A DNA stretch of 64,000 nt from the human T2T-CHM13v2.0 reference genome, Homo sapiens. The DNA lies in assembly GCF_009914755.1 (NCBI RefSeq), contig NC_060933.1; one strand, 5' to 3'. Position 1 is the stretch's first letter. Every line of letters starts with the position of its first letter. Positions 16,680 through 34,863 of the stretch are shown one piece after another. The position numbers and the translations under genes are program-made. The notes beneath the pieces are model-generated. The model did not search any database. It was given only the letters and a program-made list of their open reading frames with translations, and was not told where the DNA came from.

Positions 16680-17220
16680 ATAGCAAACTTATTTTGCACC
16701 TGTTATGTGCCAGGAACTCTTTGGGTTTTACAAATATTAATTTCTGAAAACTCTGTAAGTGTCATTGTCCCATTTTACAGATGAGGAAATTGAGGCACAG
16801 GGAGTTAATTTTTTTTTTTTTTCTGAGATGGAGTCTCGCTCTGTCGCCCAGGCTGGAGTACAGTGGCGCAATTTGGCTCACTGCAAGCTCCGCCTCCCAG
16901 GTTCACGCCATTCTGCCTCAGCCTCTCGAGTAGCTGGTACTACAGGCGCCCACCACCATGCCCAGCTAATTTTTTGTATTGTTAGTAGAGACAGGGTTTC
17001 ACCGTGTTAGCCAGAATGATCTCGATCTCCTCACCTCGTGATCCACCCGCCTCGACCTCCCAAAGTGCTGGGATTACAGGCGTGAGCCACTGCGCCCGCC
17101 AGAGGCACAGAGAGTTTAAATAATTTCTGTGACGCCGCAGAGTTGCAGTAACGAAACTTGGATGGAATGCTGTAAATATGGCTCCAGAGGCCATGATCTG
17201 AAGCTCTGTTTTCCACCACA
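16680..17220 (-). mobile_element. MIR interrupted by AluY
   Basis: MIR core cccattttacagatgaggaaattgaggcacag continues after the Alu. Confidence 0.75.
16809..17100 (-). mobile_element. AluY
   Basis: Y diagnostics; TSD GAGGCACAG(G/A)GAGTT. Confidence 0.95.
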
Positions 17221-17540
17221 TCCACCAGCACAAATCAACAGTCAGCACTATACTTAATTATTAAACATGAAATGCTTTTCCACTGTCATTAGTAGCAATC
17301 CAAAGATTCCCAGCCACATACCAGTAAACTCTAGCAAGAGAATAAAAAAGAGGGGGCAGTGTTAGAAGACATTAAAGTGGCCATTATTTGCAAATGAAAG
17401 AATGGAATAACTGGGGAGAAATCTCAAACCACTGAGAATGTGATAAGCCAGAAGTTAGGTTATAACATGACAAAATTAATACATAAAATTCAAAGTTTCT
17501 TACATATCACCAATACAGTTAGAAAATAAAACAAAATGTT

Positions 17541-17850
17541 GGCCCGGCACGGTGGCTCACGCCTGTAATTCCAGCACTTAGGGAGGCCGAGGTGGGCAGA
17601 TAACCTGAGGTTGTGGATCATGAGGTCAGCAGATTGAGACCAGCCTGACCAACATGGCGAAACCCCGTCTCTACTAAAAATACAAAAAATTATTTGGGCA
17701 TAGTGGCGGGCACCTGTAATCCCAGCTTATTGGGAGGCTGAGGCAGGAGAATGGCTTGAACCCAGGAGGCAGGTTCCAGCCACTGCACTCCAGCCCAGGC
17801 GACAGAGTGACAAAAACAAACAAAAAAAAAAAAAAGAAAAGAAAAGAAAG
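17541..17850 (+). mobile_element. AluS with a small left-arm duplication and right-arm deletion
   Basis: Alu dimer; ...gataacctgaggttgtggatcatgaggtc...; right arm skips from gaggcaggtt to gccactgcactcc. Confidence 0.9.
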
Positions 17851-17989
17851 GAAAATTTATTAAAAAAGCAAAATTCAGGAAAATGAAATGGAATTTAGCT
17901 ATGTACAGAAAGTATTAGCGATGTGAATATGTGAGTCAGTAATGACATTAAATTCCATCTATAGAAAAGGTAGAATTTAAAGTACATCT

Positions 17990-19110
17990 TAAAAAGGACA
18001 AAGCGATTGCCACTTAAAAGGTGTAACTTAACTGCATCCCAGAACAAAGTTCAAATATATTTTTATAAACAACAACACCAGCCACTCAACAGCATACATT
18101 CCTCATGTTCAACAACGAATCAAATATTAGAAAGACAGGACTCATACATTTGAGAAAATCAATCAGCAGAAACAGATCTCAAAGTGATTCAAAGAATACA
18201 CTTAGCATGTCAGGACATTAAAACAGATATAAATGTGTTCCATATGATCAAAAAGGTTGGAAAATACGAGCACCATGAGGGAAGGAATGGTACATGTAAA
18301 ATAAGCCCCAAACAAACTTATAGAGATGAAATACAATATCCAAAATGAAAAGTATACTTGATGGAATAAACAGCATGAGACATTATAGACAAAAAGATGG
18401 GTGAACCTAGAGACATAGGAATAAAAACTACCCAAAATGACACACAGAGATCAATAAAAGATCAGAAAGCATATCAGTGAGCAGTGGGACAGCACAAGTG
18501 ACAAAGCATGTGAGTAACTAGAGTCTGGACAAGGTTGGGGGCAGGATATTTAAAGAAATAATGGCCAATTATTTTTATAAATATGATGAAAACTGTTAAA
18601 ACCCAAAGTTCCAAGATACCCAAAAGCATCCAAGCAGAAGAAACAAGAAGAAAGTCATACCAGGCACCTCATAATAAAATTGCTGAAAACTTGGTTTAAA
18701 AAAAGAAAATATTAAAAGCAGCTGTAGAAAAAGGACATATTACATAAACAGGCAAAAAGATTTTTTATATAACAGGAAATAAAAATGTCTCATTAGAAAA
18801 AAATGTAAAGCAGAAGAAAATGAAGCAACTTTTAAAAGTAGCAAAGGAAGAACATGATCTTTAAATTCCATACCTAGAAAAATATTTTTAAAACACAAAG
18901 GCTAAATAAAACCTTTTTGAGACATACAAAATCTGAGAGAACTAATTGCTAGCATACCTGCAGTACAAGAAATATTAAAGGAAGCCCTTCAAAGTCACAA
19001 GACATTATAATAGACAGAATGAAGAAAATCAGAAATCACAAGTATATGGTTAAATACACAAATTTTTTCTCATTTTAAAATCTCTGTTAAGGCAATTGTT
19101 TAAAGCAAAA
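17990..19110 (+). mobile_element. Old L1M 5'/ORF1 remnant
   Basis: ORF1-like motifs (ataataaaattgctgaaaac, gaaatattaaaggaagcccttca). Confidence 0.65.
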
Positions 19111-19114
19111 ATAA

Positions 19115-20105
<991 letters not shown>

Positions 20106-20181
20106 TATATTAAATGGTATGAATATGGAAAGTTAAGTTAAATAAGATGTGCATGACATTAAATTTATATTAAAATTTTAA

Positions 20182-20532
<351 letters not shown>

Positions 20533-21299
20533 TAAGCTGAATCACATAATCCAAACTATGTATTTAGCTTTGGTTTGCTCACTGTATATGACCACAATTT
20601 TGTTTGAAAATGTGTTTAACCTGCTAATAATAACAGTAGAAAGGGAATTTGGCTAGCAGGTATGAGACTGCTTTCTAAGCATATCTCTGCAAATGATTCA
20701 CTCTTGCTACTTTACCAAACAAGTGGTAATTTTATCACACTAAATCATGTATCAAAATAGCCTAAAAGCTATAATTGTTATATGAATACAAATTGTATGT
20801 GTTATTATCATTAATTTTACTATTAAGAACATAATTTTACATAAATTGGGTTCGTTCACTGTTTTTATACATACACATTTCCAAGCAAGTGCAATTAATG
20901 TGGCAGTCATTTGATGAGGCCCATGTTAGCGGTGGGATACATTTTCCATTGTGTTTTTCTATCATTAGGTAATAACTTCAATTTGTCCATTTGGAAGATA
21001 AAAGTACAGAGTATTCCACAAGTATTTGGGCCAAACTAGTAGCTTTTTTTTATTTTTGTTTTATATTTTGATATTTTCTGCCTTTTGAGATTTGGAACAC
21101 AAGTTAGATTGATGAAAGTATTAATAGCTACCATTTATTAATTGGCACTATATTATGGCAATAAAATGATGTCCATAATAGTAAAATTAATAATAACAAT
21201 AATAACAATACATACAATTTGTGTTCATATAACAGTTATAGCTTTCAAGCTACTTTGATATATGATTCAGTGTGATAAAATTGCTATTTGTTTAGTAAA

Positions 21300-21530
21300 G
21301 TAGAAAGTCATTTGGAGAGACGTAATTAAAGCTGTCTGCATTTAAACCCTGACTCTGTCATTCACTAGCCTCACGACTTTGCAAAGTTGTTAATTTCTTA
21401 GCCTCACGTTCCTCATCGGTAAAATGTGAATAAACATATCTAGCACAGTAGGGGATGGTGAGGCTTGAATAAAGTAGTTCATGTTAAACTTTTAGAAGAT
21501 TCCCAGTACACAGTAAGGACTTACACTATT
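21300..21530 (+). mobile_element. MIR
   Basis: gcctcacgttcctcatcggtaaaatgtgaataa core. Confidence 0.7.
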
Positions 21531-23959
21531 CCTTCTGTTACCCTCCATTATATTAATATTTGTTGTGGAGCAAATTACTTGAAAACACTCTGTAATGCAT
21601 GTGTGTAAGGGCATTCTAATAAACACTTTAGTGGTGGTTAATCCATTTATGAAGTATCCTTTCTCTGAATCAATACCTTAAGCTTAGATAATTCACATAG
21701 GGGTACTCAAACTAATTTCTTAGTTGGTGCAATTGCTGTCCTTTTGCACCCGTGACTGGAAAGAGTGGTATGGCAGAGCTTGTCACCTTCGCCTACACAG
21801 GACATAAGAAACAAGGGTCCCGGGCTGACCCTGCTGCTTCCACTTCAGTTTGCATTTTGCCACCAGACCCAGGTGTAAGTCCTGCCTGCTGAGCTTGACA
21901 TTAGCATCTAGAACATTTTCTCTGAGAAGAGCCTTTCATGCCAAGTGCCTCTGAGGTTCTGATGGCAGTGGGCATGGCTCCTACACGTGCTTGCTTCTGC
22001 ACGTGTGTGTTTGGCAGGATGTGCACCAAAACCTGCTTCCACTGTGACTTACTTCTTGGTAGCCAAGGCTGTAGAGATAGAACGTCTATATGATGACGCC
22101 TACTGATACCAAAGTAACTTGACACTTGCCACAGCACCAAATTTTGTGGGTCCATCTTGCCCCACTTTGTCAGGATCTGTGACAAGCACTTTGTCTACAG
22201 TGTCTCAGTGACTTTTCATAAAGATTTCATAAGATTCCTCATCTTACAGATAGGGAATCTAGGGGTCAGGCGGAGAAGCAGCCCTTCTTGCAAGGAAACC
22301 ATGTTAGTGACAGCACTTGGACCCAGGAGGTCTGACCAGAAACGCCGACCCCTGGATCAATACACTATGTTTTCCCAATGCGAACAGTTCATTGGCTATT
22401 TTATAGCCCCTTAAACAATAGTGGTTGAAGAAGTCCTGCACTAATGTTAAACAGATTATATGGTATAGACAGATCAGCTGCTATGTTTCCGTGAAACATC
22501 CTTTTATTTTAGGAAGTGCATGCTCTTTGAATACATTTTATTTGTTTCCCCAAATGCTACTTAGTACTGATTCATGCAGCGCATTCATTCACCCTTCATT
22601 GTTGTTGCTATTGTTATCTGGCTCTGTAGAGCTGTTTCAATTCATCATCGTTTGAATTACATACTATTCTTAGTAAAATGTTTGTTAAATAGCTGAAAGG
22701 AATTTTTTTTTCTAATTTAAATATTTGGAAGAAAGATAGAATACTTCTTGGCCCATTATTAAACAATTAACTCAAGTAGAATATATTTGGAATCCCCTCC
22801 CACTGTTTTGTTTAAACACCCAGCTTTATGCTGCAAGGAAGAAAATGGTAAGTTCTGCTTTTATACTCTCTTGTACATAAGAGAACTCTATGGTGCATTT
22901 TCATAATAGCCTAACCCAAATTTTCTTGGCCAATCTTCCTAGACTTACCGTGACAATCAGATCTTTTTAACTCTCTGCCTTTGCTGGATGATTCTATGCA
23001 GGGTTTTGTGAAGTGAAACTTGTAGGATAGATGGCCCATGAGTACAAATAGAATGTGTTCACTCTGACCTCCATCTAGTTAGCATTTGGGGGAAGGAGGC
23101 TGTCAAACAACAGGAGGTAAATTACACTTCTTCTTCTCAAAAATATTACAAGAGAACATGCGAAAAATTTTAATTTATGTGAGTGGAAAGACCAGAGGAA
23201 TGGGTGGATCCTGACAAATAATCTATGTTTAAAATAATCTATATTTAAAGATATTTTGAACAAATGAAATTTATTCAAAGTTGTATGGACAGATGGTGGA
23301 GTTAAATTAAGTCTTCTGCATTTGCTTAAATATGGTTGCTGAATGTGTCATTTGAAAAAACTACAATAACAAGTTATTCACATAAAAATATTTGTCAGTG
23401 GGCAAAATGTGTGTGCATGCCTGCATGTGTGTGTGTTTTAAAGAGTAGTTACTTTATTGTTTTTACAGAAAAAACTAAAATCAATCATGTGAAGACCAGT
23501 TTGATCTTATCCCATTGTAAACTGGAACAAGATTCCAAGGAACTTCGGAAATGATCTCATCTAAGTGGTGTGGTGTGTCCTTTGTGTGCTAGAAGTTTGA
23601 ACATAATTAGGCAAAGATAAAATAATGTTTATAATCCCTATGCCTTATTTCATCTGTGTTATAAAACCTCAAATTTTATGGGTAGATGAGGATAATGAAA
23701 CCAGGTAGCTTTACTTCTTAGACAATTAGCCATTTTGCAAAAACATAGATTTTCATCTAACAGTGTCATTTTTTCAAGTTTTCTATTTTAATCATCTTGC
23801 AAAAATCAATCGAACAGGACTATAATAGAGTAACTTATAGTAAACCAATACTTTCACTGAGAGCAACTAGAAGAGTTAGGTGAAAATACACAAAACATCT
23901 GTATTAGTCAACCAGGACCTCTGAGGTCAAATTCCAGAGAGACGCAAAGCTCATTTACT

Positions 23960-25069
23960 GTGATTAAGTGAAGAAATAATAGAGGTCCCATATATTTTTA
24001 TCCTAGTTGTTCACAATGTTAACATTTCAAAATATCAGGGTAAAATATCACAAACAGTATATTGATAGAATCCACTGATCAGATTTTCCTAGTATTATTC
24101 ATACTACCCGTGTGCATATGCGTGTGTGTTTACTTCTACGCAATTTTATTATATGTGTAGGTTTGTGTGTCCACCACTACAGTCGTGATAAAGTTTCAGC
24201 AACACAAGGATGTCTTGTGTTGCCTTTGGATAATAATGCTTACCTCCCTCATGTCCACTCCCACCCCCACCCATCCCTAAACCCTAGAAGCCATTGATCT
24301 CTTCTCCAATTATAACATTTTATCACTTCAAAAATGCTAAATACATGAAATCATATAGTATGTAACCTCTTGGGATTGGCTTTCTTTACAAAGCATAATT
24401 CCCTGAAGATTATTCCAAGTTGTGTATCCATAATTTGTTTCTTTTTATTGTTGACTATCCCAAGGTATACATGAATCATGGTTTGATCATTCATCTATTG
24501 ATGACATTCAGGTTGTTTCTGGATATGGCTATTTTGCATAAAGCTTCTTAAAGAAGTCATGCACAGGTTTTGTGTAAAGTTTCATTACTCAGGAATAAAT
24601 GCCAAAGAGTGCAGTTTGTATAAAATGTATAAAATACATCTACATGTATTTTATATACCAGTTCTTAGTCAGATATGTGGCTTACAAGTATTTTCTCTCT
24701 ATCTGTAATTTGTCTCTTCATCCTTTTAACACTGGCTATCACTGAGCAAAAGTTATTAATTTAGATGAGATCAATTTGTCATATTTTTATATGAATCACA
24801 CATATGGAGTAAAGTTCAAGTACTCTTCATTTATTTTTACAAATTCCCCAAATTTTCTTTTATCTTTTTTGCAAAACTGAGAGTTTTATATTTTAATTTT
24901 AGTCTGTGATCCATAGTGAGTTAATACTTATATAGGATGCAAAGTTTAGTTGGAGGTTTCCTTTCTATACCTATGGGTCCTATTGATCCAACATCATTTG
25001 TTGAGTAAGCATCCCTTTCTTTATTGAATTGCTTTTGCACCAGTGTCAATAATCAGTTGGGGTACTTCC

Positions 25070-25070
<1 letters not shown>
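23960..25070 (-). mobile_element. L1MC-type 3' fragment, continued at ~29340-29660 and ~35347-35450
   Basis: Antisense L1 3'UTR/ORF2 motifs (tgaaatcatatagtatgtaacc, ccaacatcatttgttga, ttgaattgcttttgcacc). Confidence 0.75.
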
Positions 25071-29332
<4,262 letters not shown>

Positions 29333-29660
29333 TTGCATAATGTTATCCTTCCTGCATTAGTCTTTTCTGAAACTATTTGATCTCTCTCATTTGCTTCTCC
29401 ACGTAAATTTTCTAATCAGCTTTTCTATATCTACAAATAATTCTGTTGGGATTTGGATAAGAATTACATTAGACTTACAGATTTGGGAAGTACTGACACC
29501 TTTACTATGAAGATAAACACAGTATGTTTGTCCGTTTATTTTGTTACTCTTTGATTTATTTCATTTATATTTTGTAGTTTTCACTAAACAGAATCTGAGA
29601 AGGCTTTTTTAGAATATATATTTTGGCTATGTCCTTTTTGGGTTTTTTAGTAACTATAAA

Positions 29661-30142
29661 TGTCAGGCCTCTGAGCCCAAGCCAAGCCATCGCATCCCCT
29701 GTGACCTGCACGTATACGCCCAGATGGCCTGAAGTAAGTAAAGAATCACAAAAGAAGTGAATATGCCCTGCCCCACCTTAACTGATGACATTCCACCACA
29801 AAAGAAGTGTAAATGGCCGGTCCTTGCCTTAACTGATGACATTACCTTGTGAAAGTCCTTTTCCTGGCTCATCCTGGCTCAAAAACACCCCCACTGAGCA
29901 CCTTGCGACCCCACTCCTGCCCACTGAGCACCTTGGGACCCCTACTCCTGCCTGCCAGAGAACAAACCCCCTTTGACTGTAATTTTCCTTTACCTACCCA
30001 AATCCTATAAAACGGCCCCACCCCTATCTCCCTTCGCTGACTCTCTTTTCGGACTCAGCCCGCCTGCACCCAGGTGAAATAAACAGCTTTATTGCTCACA
30101 CAAAGCCTGTTTGGTGGTCTCTTCAGACGGACGTGCATGAAA
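29661..30142 (+). promoter_or_regulatory. 5' LTR (LTR7 family, probably type Ia/LTR7Y)
   Basis: TGTCAGGCC...GCATGAAA; TATAAAA 30006-12; GC/GT box; AATAAA 30078-83; two ~50-bp and two ~30-bp U3 repeats. Confidence 0.95.
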
Positions 30143-30144
30143 TT

Positions 30145-30162
30145 TGGTGCCGTGACTCGGAT
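30145..30162 (+). other. Primer-binding site, tRNA-His
   Basis: TGGTGCCGTGACTCGGAT, 18/18 complementary to the tRNA-His 3' end. Confidence 0.97.
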
Positions 30163-30285
30163 CGGGGGACCTCCCTTGGGAGATCAATCCCCTGTCCTCC
30201 TGCTCTTTGCTCCGTGAGAAAGATCCACCTACGACCTCAGGTCCTCAGACCGACCAGCCCAATAAACATCTCACCAATTTCAAAT

Positions 30286-30294
30286 CCGGTAAGC
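30286..30294 (+). other. HERV-H major splice donor
   Basis: CCG|GTAAGC about 145 nt after the 5' LTR; exon ends at 30288. Confidence 0.8.
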
Positions 30295-30634
30295 GGCCTC
30301 TTTTTACTCTCTTCTCCAACCTCCCTCACTATCCCTCAACCTCTTTCTCCTTTCAATCTTGGCACCACACTTCAATCTCTCCCTTCTCTTAATTTCAATT
30401 CATTTCATTTTCTGGTAGAGACAAAAGAGACATGTTTTATCCATGAACCCAAAACTCCAGCGCCAGTCCCGGACTGGGAAGGCAGGCTTCCCTTGGTGTT
30501 TAATCATTGCAGGGACACCTCTCTGATTACACACTCACGTTTCAAGGGTGTCAGACCACGCAGGGACACCTGCCTTGGTCCTTCACCCTTAGCGGCAAGT
30601 CCTGCTTTCCTAGGGGGCAAGAAGCCCCCAATCG

Positions 30635-30742
30635 CTTATTTCCGCACCCCAACCTCTTATCTCTGTGCCCCAATCCCTTATTTCTGCACCCTGACCTCTT
30701 ATCTCTGTGCCCCAATCCCTTATTTCCGTGCCCCCACCCCTT
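30635..30742 (+). repeat. 21/42-bp tandem repeat in the HERV-H leader
   Basis: Repeated cttatttc..cacccc.acctcttatctctgtgccccaatcc units. Confidence 0.85.
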
Positions 30743-30989
30743 CTCTGCTTTTCTGGAGGGCAAGAACCCCCCACCCCTTCTCTGTGTCTCTACTCTTTTC
30801 TCTGGGCTTGCCTCCTTCACTACGGGTAACCTTCCACCCTCCATTCGTCCTTCTACTCCCTTGGCCTGTGTTCTCAAAAACTTAAAACCTCTTAAACTCA
30901 CACCTGACCTAAAACCTAAATGCCTTATTTTCTTCTGCAATGCCGCTTGACCCCAATACAAACTCGACAGTAGTTCCAAATAGCCAGAA

Positions 30990-32050
30990 AATGGCACTTT
31001 GAATTTTTCCATCCTGCAAGATCTAAATAATTCTTGTCGTAAAATAGGCAAATGGTCTGAGGTGCCTGACGTCCAGGCATTCTTTTACACATCGGTCCCT
31101 TCCTAGTCTCTGTGCCCAGTGCAACTCGTCCAAAATCTTCCTTCTTTCCCTCCCGCCTGTCCCCTCAGTACCAACCCCAAGCGTCACTGAGTCTTTCTAA
31201 TCTTCCTTTTCTACAGACCCATCTGACCTCTCCCTTCCTCCCCAGGCTGCTCCTCGCCAGGCCGAGCTAGGTCCCAATTCTTCCTCAGCCTCCGCTCCTC
31301 CACCCTATAATCTTTTTATCGCCTCCCCTCCTCACAGCTGGTCCGGCTTACAGTTTCGTTCCGTGACTAGCCCTCCCCCTCCTGCCCAGCAATTTACTCT
31401 TAAACAGGTGGCTGGGGCTAAAAGCATAGTCAAGGTTAATGCTCCTTTTTCTTTATCCCAAATCGGATAGCGTTTAGGCTCTTTTTCATCAAATATAAAA
31501 ATCCAGCCCAGTTCATGGCTCATTTGGCAGCAACCCTGAGACTCTTTACAGCCCTAGACCCTAAAAACTCAAAAGGCCGTCTTATTCTCAATATACATTT
31601 TATTACCCAATCTGCTCCCGACATTAAATAAAACTCCAAAAATTAAATTCCGGCCCTCAAACCCCACAACAGGATTTAATTCACCTCGCCTTCAAGGTGT
31701 ACAATAATAGAAAAAAGTTGCAATTCCTTGCCTCCACTGTGAGACAAACCCCAGCCACATCTCCAGCACACAAGAACTTCCAAACGACTGAACCGCAGCA
31801 GCCAGGCGTTCCTCCAGAACCTCCTCCCACAGGAGCTTGCTACACGTGCCGGAAATCTGGCCACTGGGCCAAGGAATGCCCGCAGCCTGGGATTCCTCCT
31901 AAGCCACGTCCCATCTGTGTGGGACCCCACTGAAAATCTGACTGTTCAACTCACCTGGCAGCCACTCCCAGAGCCCCTGGAACTCTGGCCCAAGGCTCTC
32001 TGACTGACTCCTTCCCAGATCTTGGCTTAGCAGCTGAAGACTGACACTGC
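30990..32050 (+). pseudogene. gag: HERV-H gag remnant
   Basis: CCHC knuckle CYTCRKSGHWAKEC (~31838-31879) and a second broken knuckle; multiple stops. Confidence 0.9.
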
Positions 32051-32420
32051 CCGATCGCCTCGGAAGCCCCGGAGACCATCACGGACGCCGAGCTGCCAGT
32101 AACTCTCACAGTGGAAGGTAAGCCCATCCCCTTCTTAATCAATACGGAGGCTACCCACTCCACATTATCTTCTTTTCAAGGGCTTGTTTCCCTTGCCTCC
32201 ATAACTGTTGTGGGTATTGACAGCCAGGCTTCTAAACCTCTTAAAACTCCCCAACTCTGGTGCCAACTTGGACAATACTCTTTTAAGCACTCCTTTTTAG
32301 TTATCCCCACCTGCCCAGTTCCCTTATTAGGCTGAGACACTTTAACTAAATTATCTGCTTCCCTGACTATTCCTGGACTACAGCTATATCTCATTGCCGC
32401 CCTTCTTCCCAATCCAAAGC
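32051..32420 (+). pseudogene. pro: HERV-H protease remnant
   Basis: FLINTEATHS (DTG active site changed), VVGIDSQ flap, PTCPVPLLG*. Confidence 0.9.
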
Positions 32421-34300
32421 CTCCTTTGTGTCCTCCTCTTGTATCCCCCCACCTTAACCCACAAGTATAAGATACCTCTACTCCCTCCTTGGTGACCGAT
32501 CATGCACCCCTTACCATCTCATTAAAACCTAATCACCCTTACCCCACTCAACGCCAATATCCCATTCCGCAGCACGCTTTAAAAAGATTACAGCCTGTTA
32601 ACACTTGCCTGCTACAGCATGGCCTTTTAAAGCCTGTAAACTCTCCTTACAATTCCCCCATTTTACCTGTCCTAAAACCAGACAAGCCTTACAAGTTAGT
32701 TCAGGATCTGCGCCTTATCAACCAAATTGTTTTGCCTATCCGCCCCGTGGTGCCAAACCCATATACTCTCCTATCCTCAGTACCTGCCTCTACAACCCAT
32801 TGTTCTGTTCTAGATCTCAGACATGCTTTCTTTACTATTCCTTTGCACCCTTAATCCCAGCCTCTCTTCACCTTCACTTGAACTGAGCCTGACACCCATC
32901 AAGCTCAGCAAATTACCTAGGCTGTACTGCCGCAAAGCTTCACAGACAGCCCCCATTACTTCAATCAAGCCCAAATTTCTTCCTCATCTGTTACCTATCT
33001 CAGCATAATTCTCATAAAAACACACGTGCTCTCCCTGCCAATCGTGTCCTACTGATCTCTCAAACCCCAGCACCTTCTACAAAACAACAACTCCTTTCCT
33101 TCCTAGGCATGGTTAGCACGGTCAGAATTCTTACACAAGAGCCAGGACGACACCCTGTAGCCTTTCTGTCCAAACAACTTGACCTTACTGTTTTAGCCTA
33201 GCCCTCATGTCTGCGTGCAGCGGCTGCCACTGCATTAATACTTTTAGAGGCCCTCAAAATCAAAAACTGTGCTCAACTCACTCTCTGCAGTTCTCATAAC
33301 TTCCAAAATCTATTTTCTTCTTCATACCTGACGCATATACTTTCTGCTTCCCGGCTCCTTCAGCTGTACTCACTCTTTGTTGAGTCTCCCACAGTTACCG
33401 TTGTTCCCGGCCCAGACTTCAATCCGGCCTCCCACATTATTCCTGATACCACACCTGACCCCCATGACTGTATCTCTCTGATCCACCTGACATTCACCCC
33501 ATTTCCCCAAATTTCCTTCTTTCCTGTTCCTCACCCTGATCACGCTTGATTTATTGATGGTGGTTCCACCAGGCCTAATCGCCACACACCAGCAAAGGCA
33601 GGTTATGCTATAGTACAAGCCACTAGCCCGCCTCTTAGAACCTCTCATTTCCTTTCCATCGTGGAAATCTATCCTCAAGGAAATAACTTCTCAGTGTTCC
33701 ATCTGCTATTCTACTACTCCTCAGGGATTATTCAGGCCCCCTCCCTTCCCTACACATCAAGCTTGATGATTTGCCCCACCCAGGACTGGCAAATTAGCTT
33801 TACTCAACATGCCTTGAGTCAGATAACTAAAATACCTCTTAGTCTAGGTAGATACTTTCACTAGATAGGTAGAGGCCTTTCCTACAGGGTCTGAGAAGGC
33901 CACCACAGTCATTTCTTCCCTTCTGTCAGACATAATTCCTCAGTTTAGCCTTCCCACCTCAATACAGTCTGATAACAGACGAGCCTTTATTAGTCAAATC
34001 AGCCAAGCAGTTTTTCAGGCTCTTAGTATTCAGTGAAACCTTTATATCCCTTACGGTCCTCCGTCTTCAAGAAAAGTAGAATGGACTAAAGGTCTTTTAA
34101 AAACACACCTCACCAAGCTCAGTCACCAACTTAAAAAGGACTGGACAATACTTTTACCACTTTACCTTCTCAGAATTCAGGCCTGTCCTCGGAATGCTAC
34201 AGGGTACAGCCCATTTAAGCTCCGTATAGACACTCCTTTTTATTAGGCCCCAGTCTCATTCCAGACACCAGACCAACTTAGATTGTGCCCCAAAAAATAC
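32421..34300 (+). pseudogene. pol: HERV-H pol remnant (RT, RNase H and IN pieces)
   Basis: SPYNSPILPVLKPDKPYKLVQDLRLINQ...VLDLRHAFFTIPLHP; YxDD region deleted; FIDGGS; SIQSDN integrase piece; many stops. Confidence 0.95.
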
Positions 34301-34850
34301 TTGTCATCCCTATTACCTTCTGTCTAGTCATACTCCTATTCACCATTCTCAACTACTCATACATGCCCTGCTCTTGTTTACACTGCCGGTTTACACTGTT
34401 TTTCCAAGCCCTCACAGCTGATATCTCCTGGTGCTATCCCCAAACTGCCACTCTTAACTCTTGAAGTAAATAAATAATCTTTGCTGGCAGGACTATGCTG
34501 AATTTCCTTAGGCACTCTCTAATCAGATATCCTCAGTCGTCCCAATTCTTAGACCTTTTATACCTGTATTTCTCCTTCTGTTATTCCATTTAGTTTCTCA
34601 ATTCATCCAAAACCGTATCCAGGCCATCACCAATCATTCTATACGACAAATGTTTCTTCTAACATCCCCACAATATCACCCCTTACCACAAGACCTCCCT
34701 TCAGCTTAATCTCTCCCACTCTAGGTTCCCACGCCGCCCCTAATCCCGCTTGAAGCAGCCCTGAGAAACATTGTCCATTCTCTCTCCATACCCCCCAAAA
34801 ATTTTCGCCGCCCCAACACTTCAACACTATTTTGTTTTATTTTTCTTATT

Positions 34851-34863
34851 AAGAAGGCAGGAA
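34851..34863 (+). other. Polypurine tract
   Basis: AAGAAGGCAGGAA immediately before the 3' LTR. Confidence 0.9.

Larger units (their letters stand above)
30037..30885 (+). other. Uninterrupted leader (pre-gag) ORF paralogous to the annotated ESRG ORF; no ATG start
   Basis: CTG30037 is in frame with GTG30133: LTLFSDSARLHPGEINSFIAHTKPVWWSLQTDVHEIWCRDSDRGTSLGRSIPCPPALCSVRKIHL...; stop at 30883-85. Translation unproven. Confidence 0.5.

Noticed and set aside
30145-30162. tRNA-His match
   Set aside because: Only the 18-nt retroviral PBS, not a tRNA gene.
30551-31051. 166-aa antisense ORF in the HERV-H leader
   Set aside because: Explained by the tandem repeat and purine-rich antisense strand.
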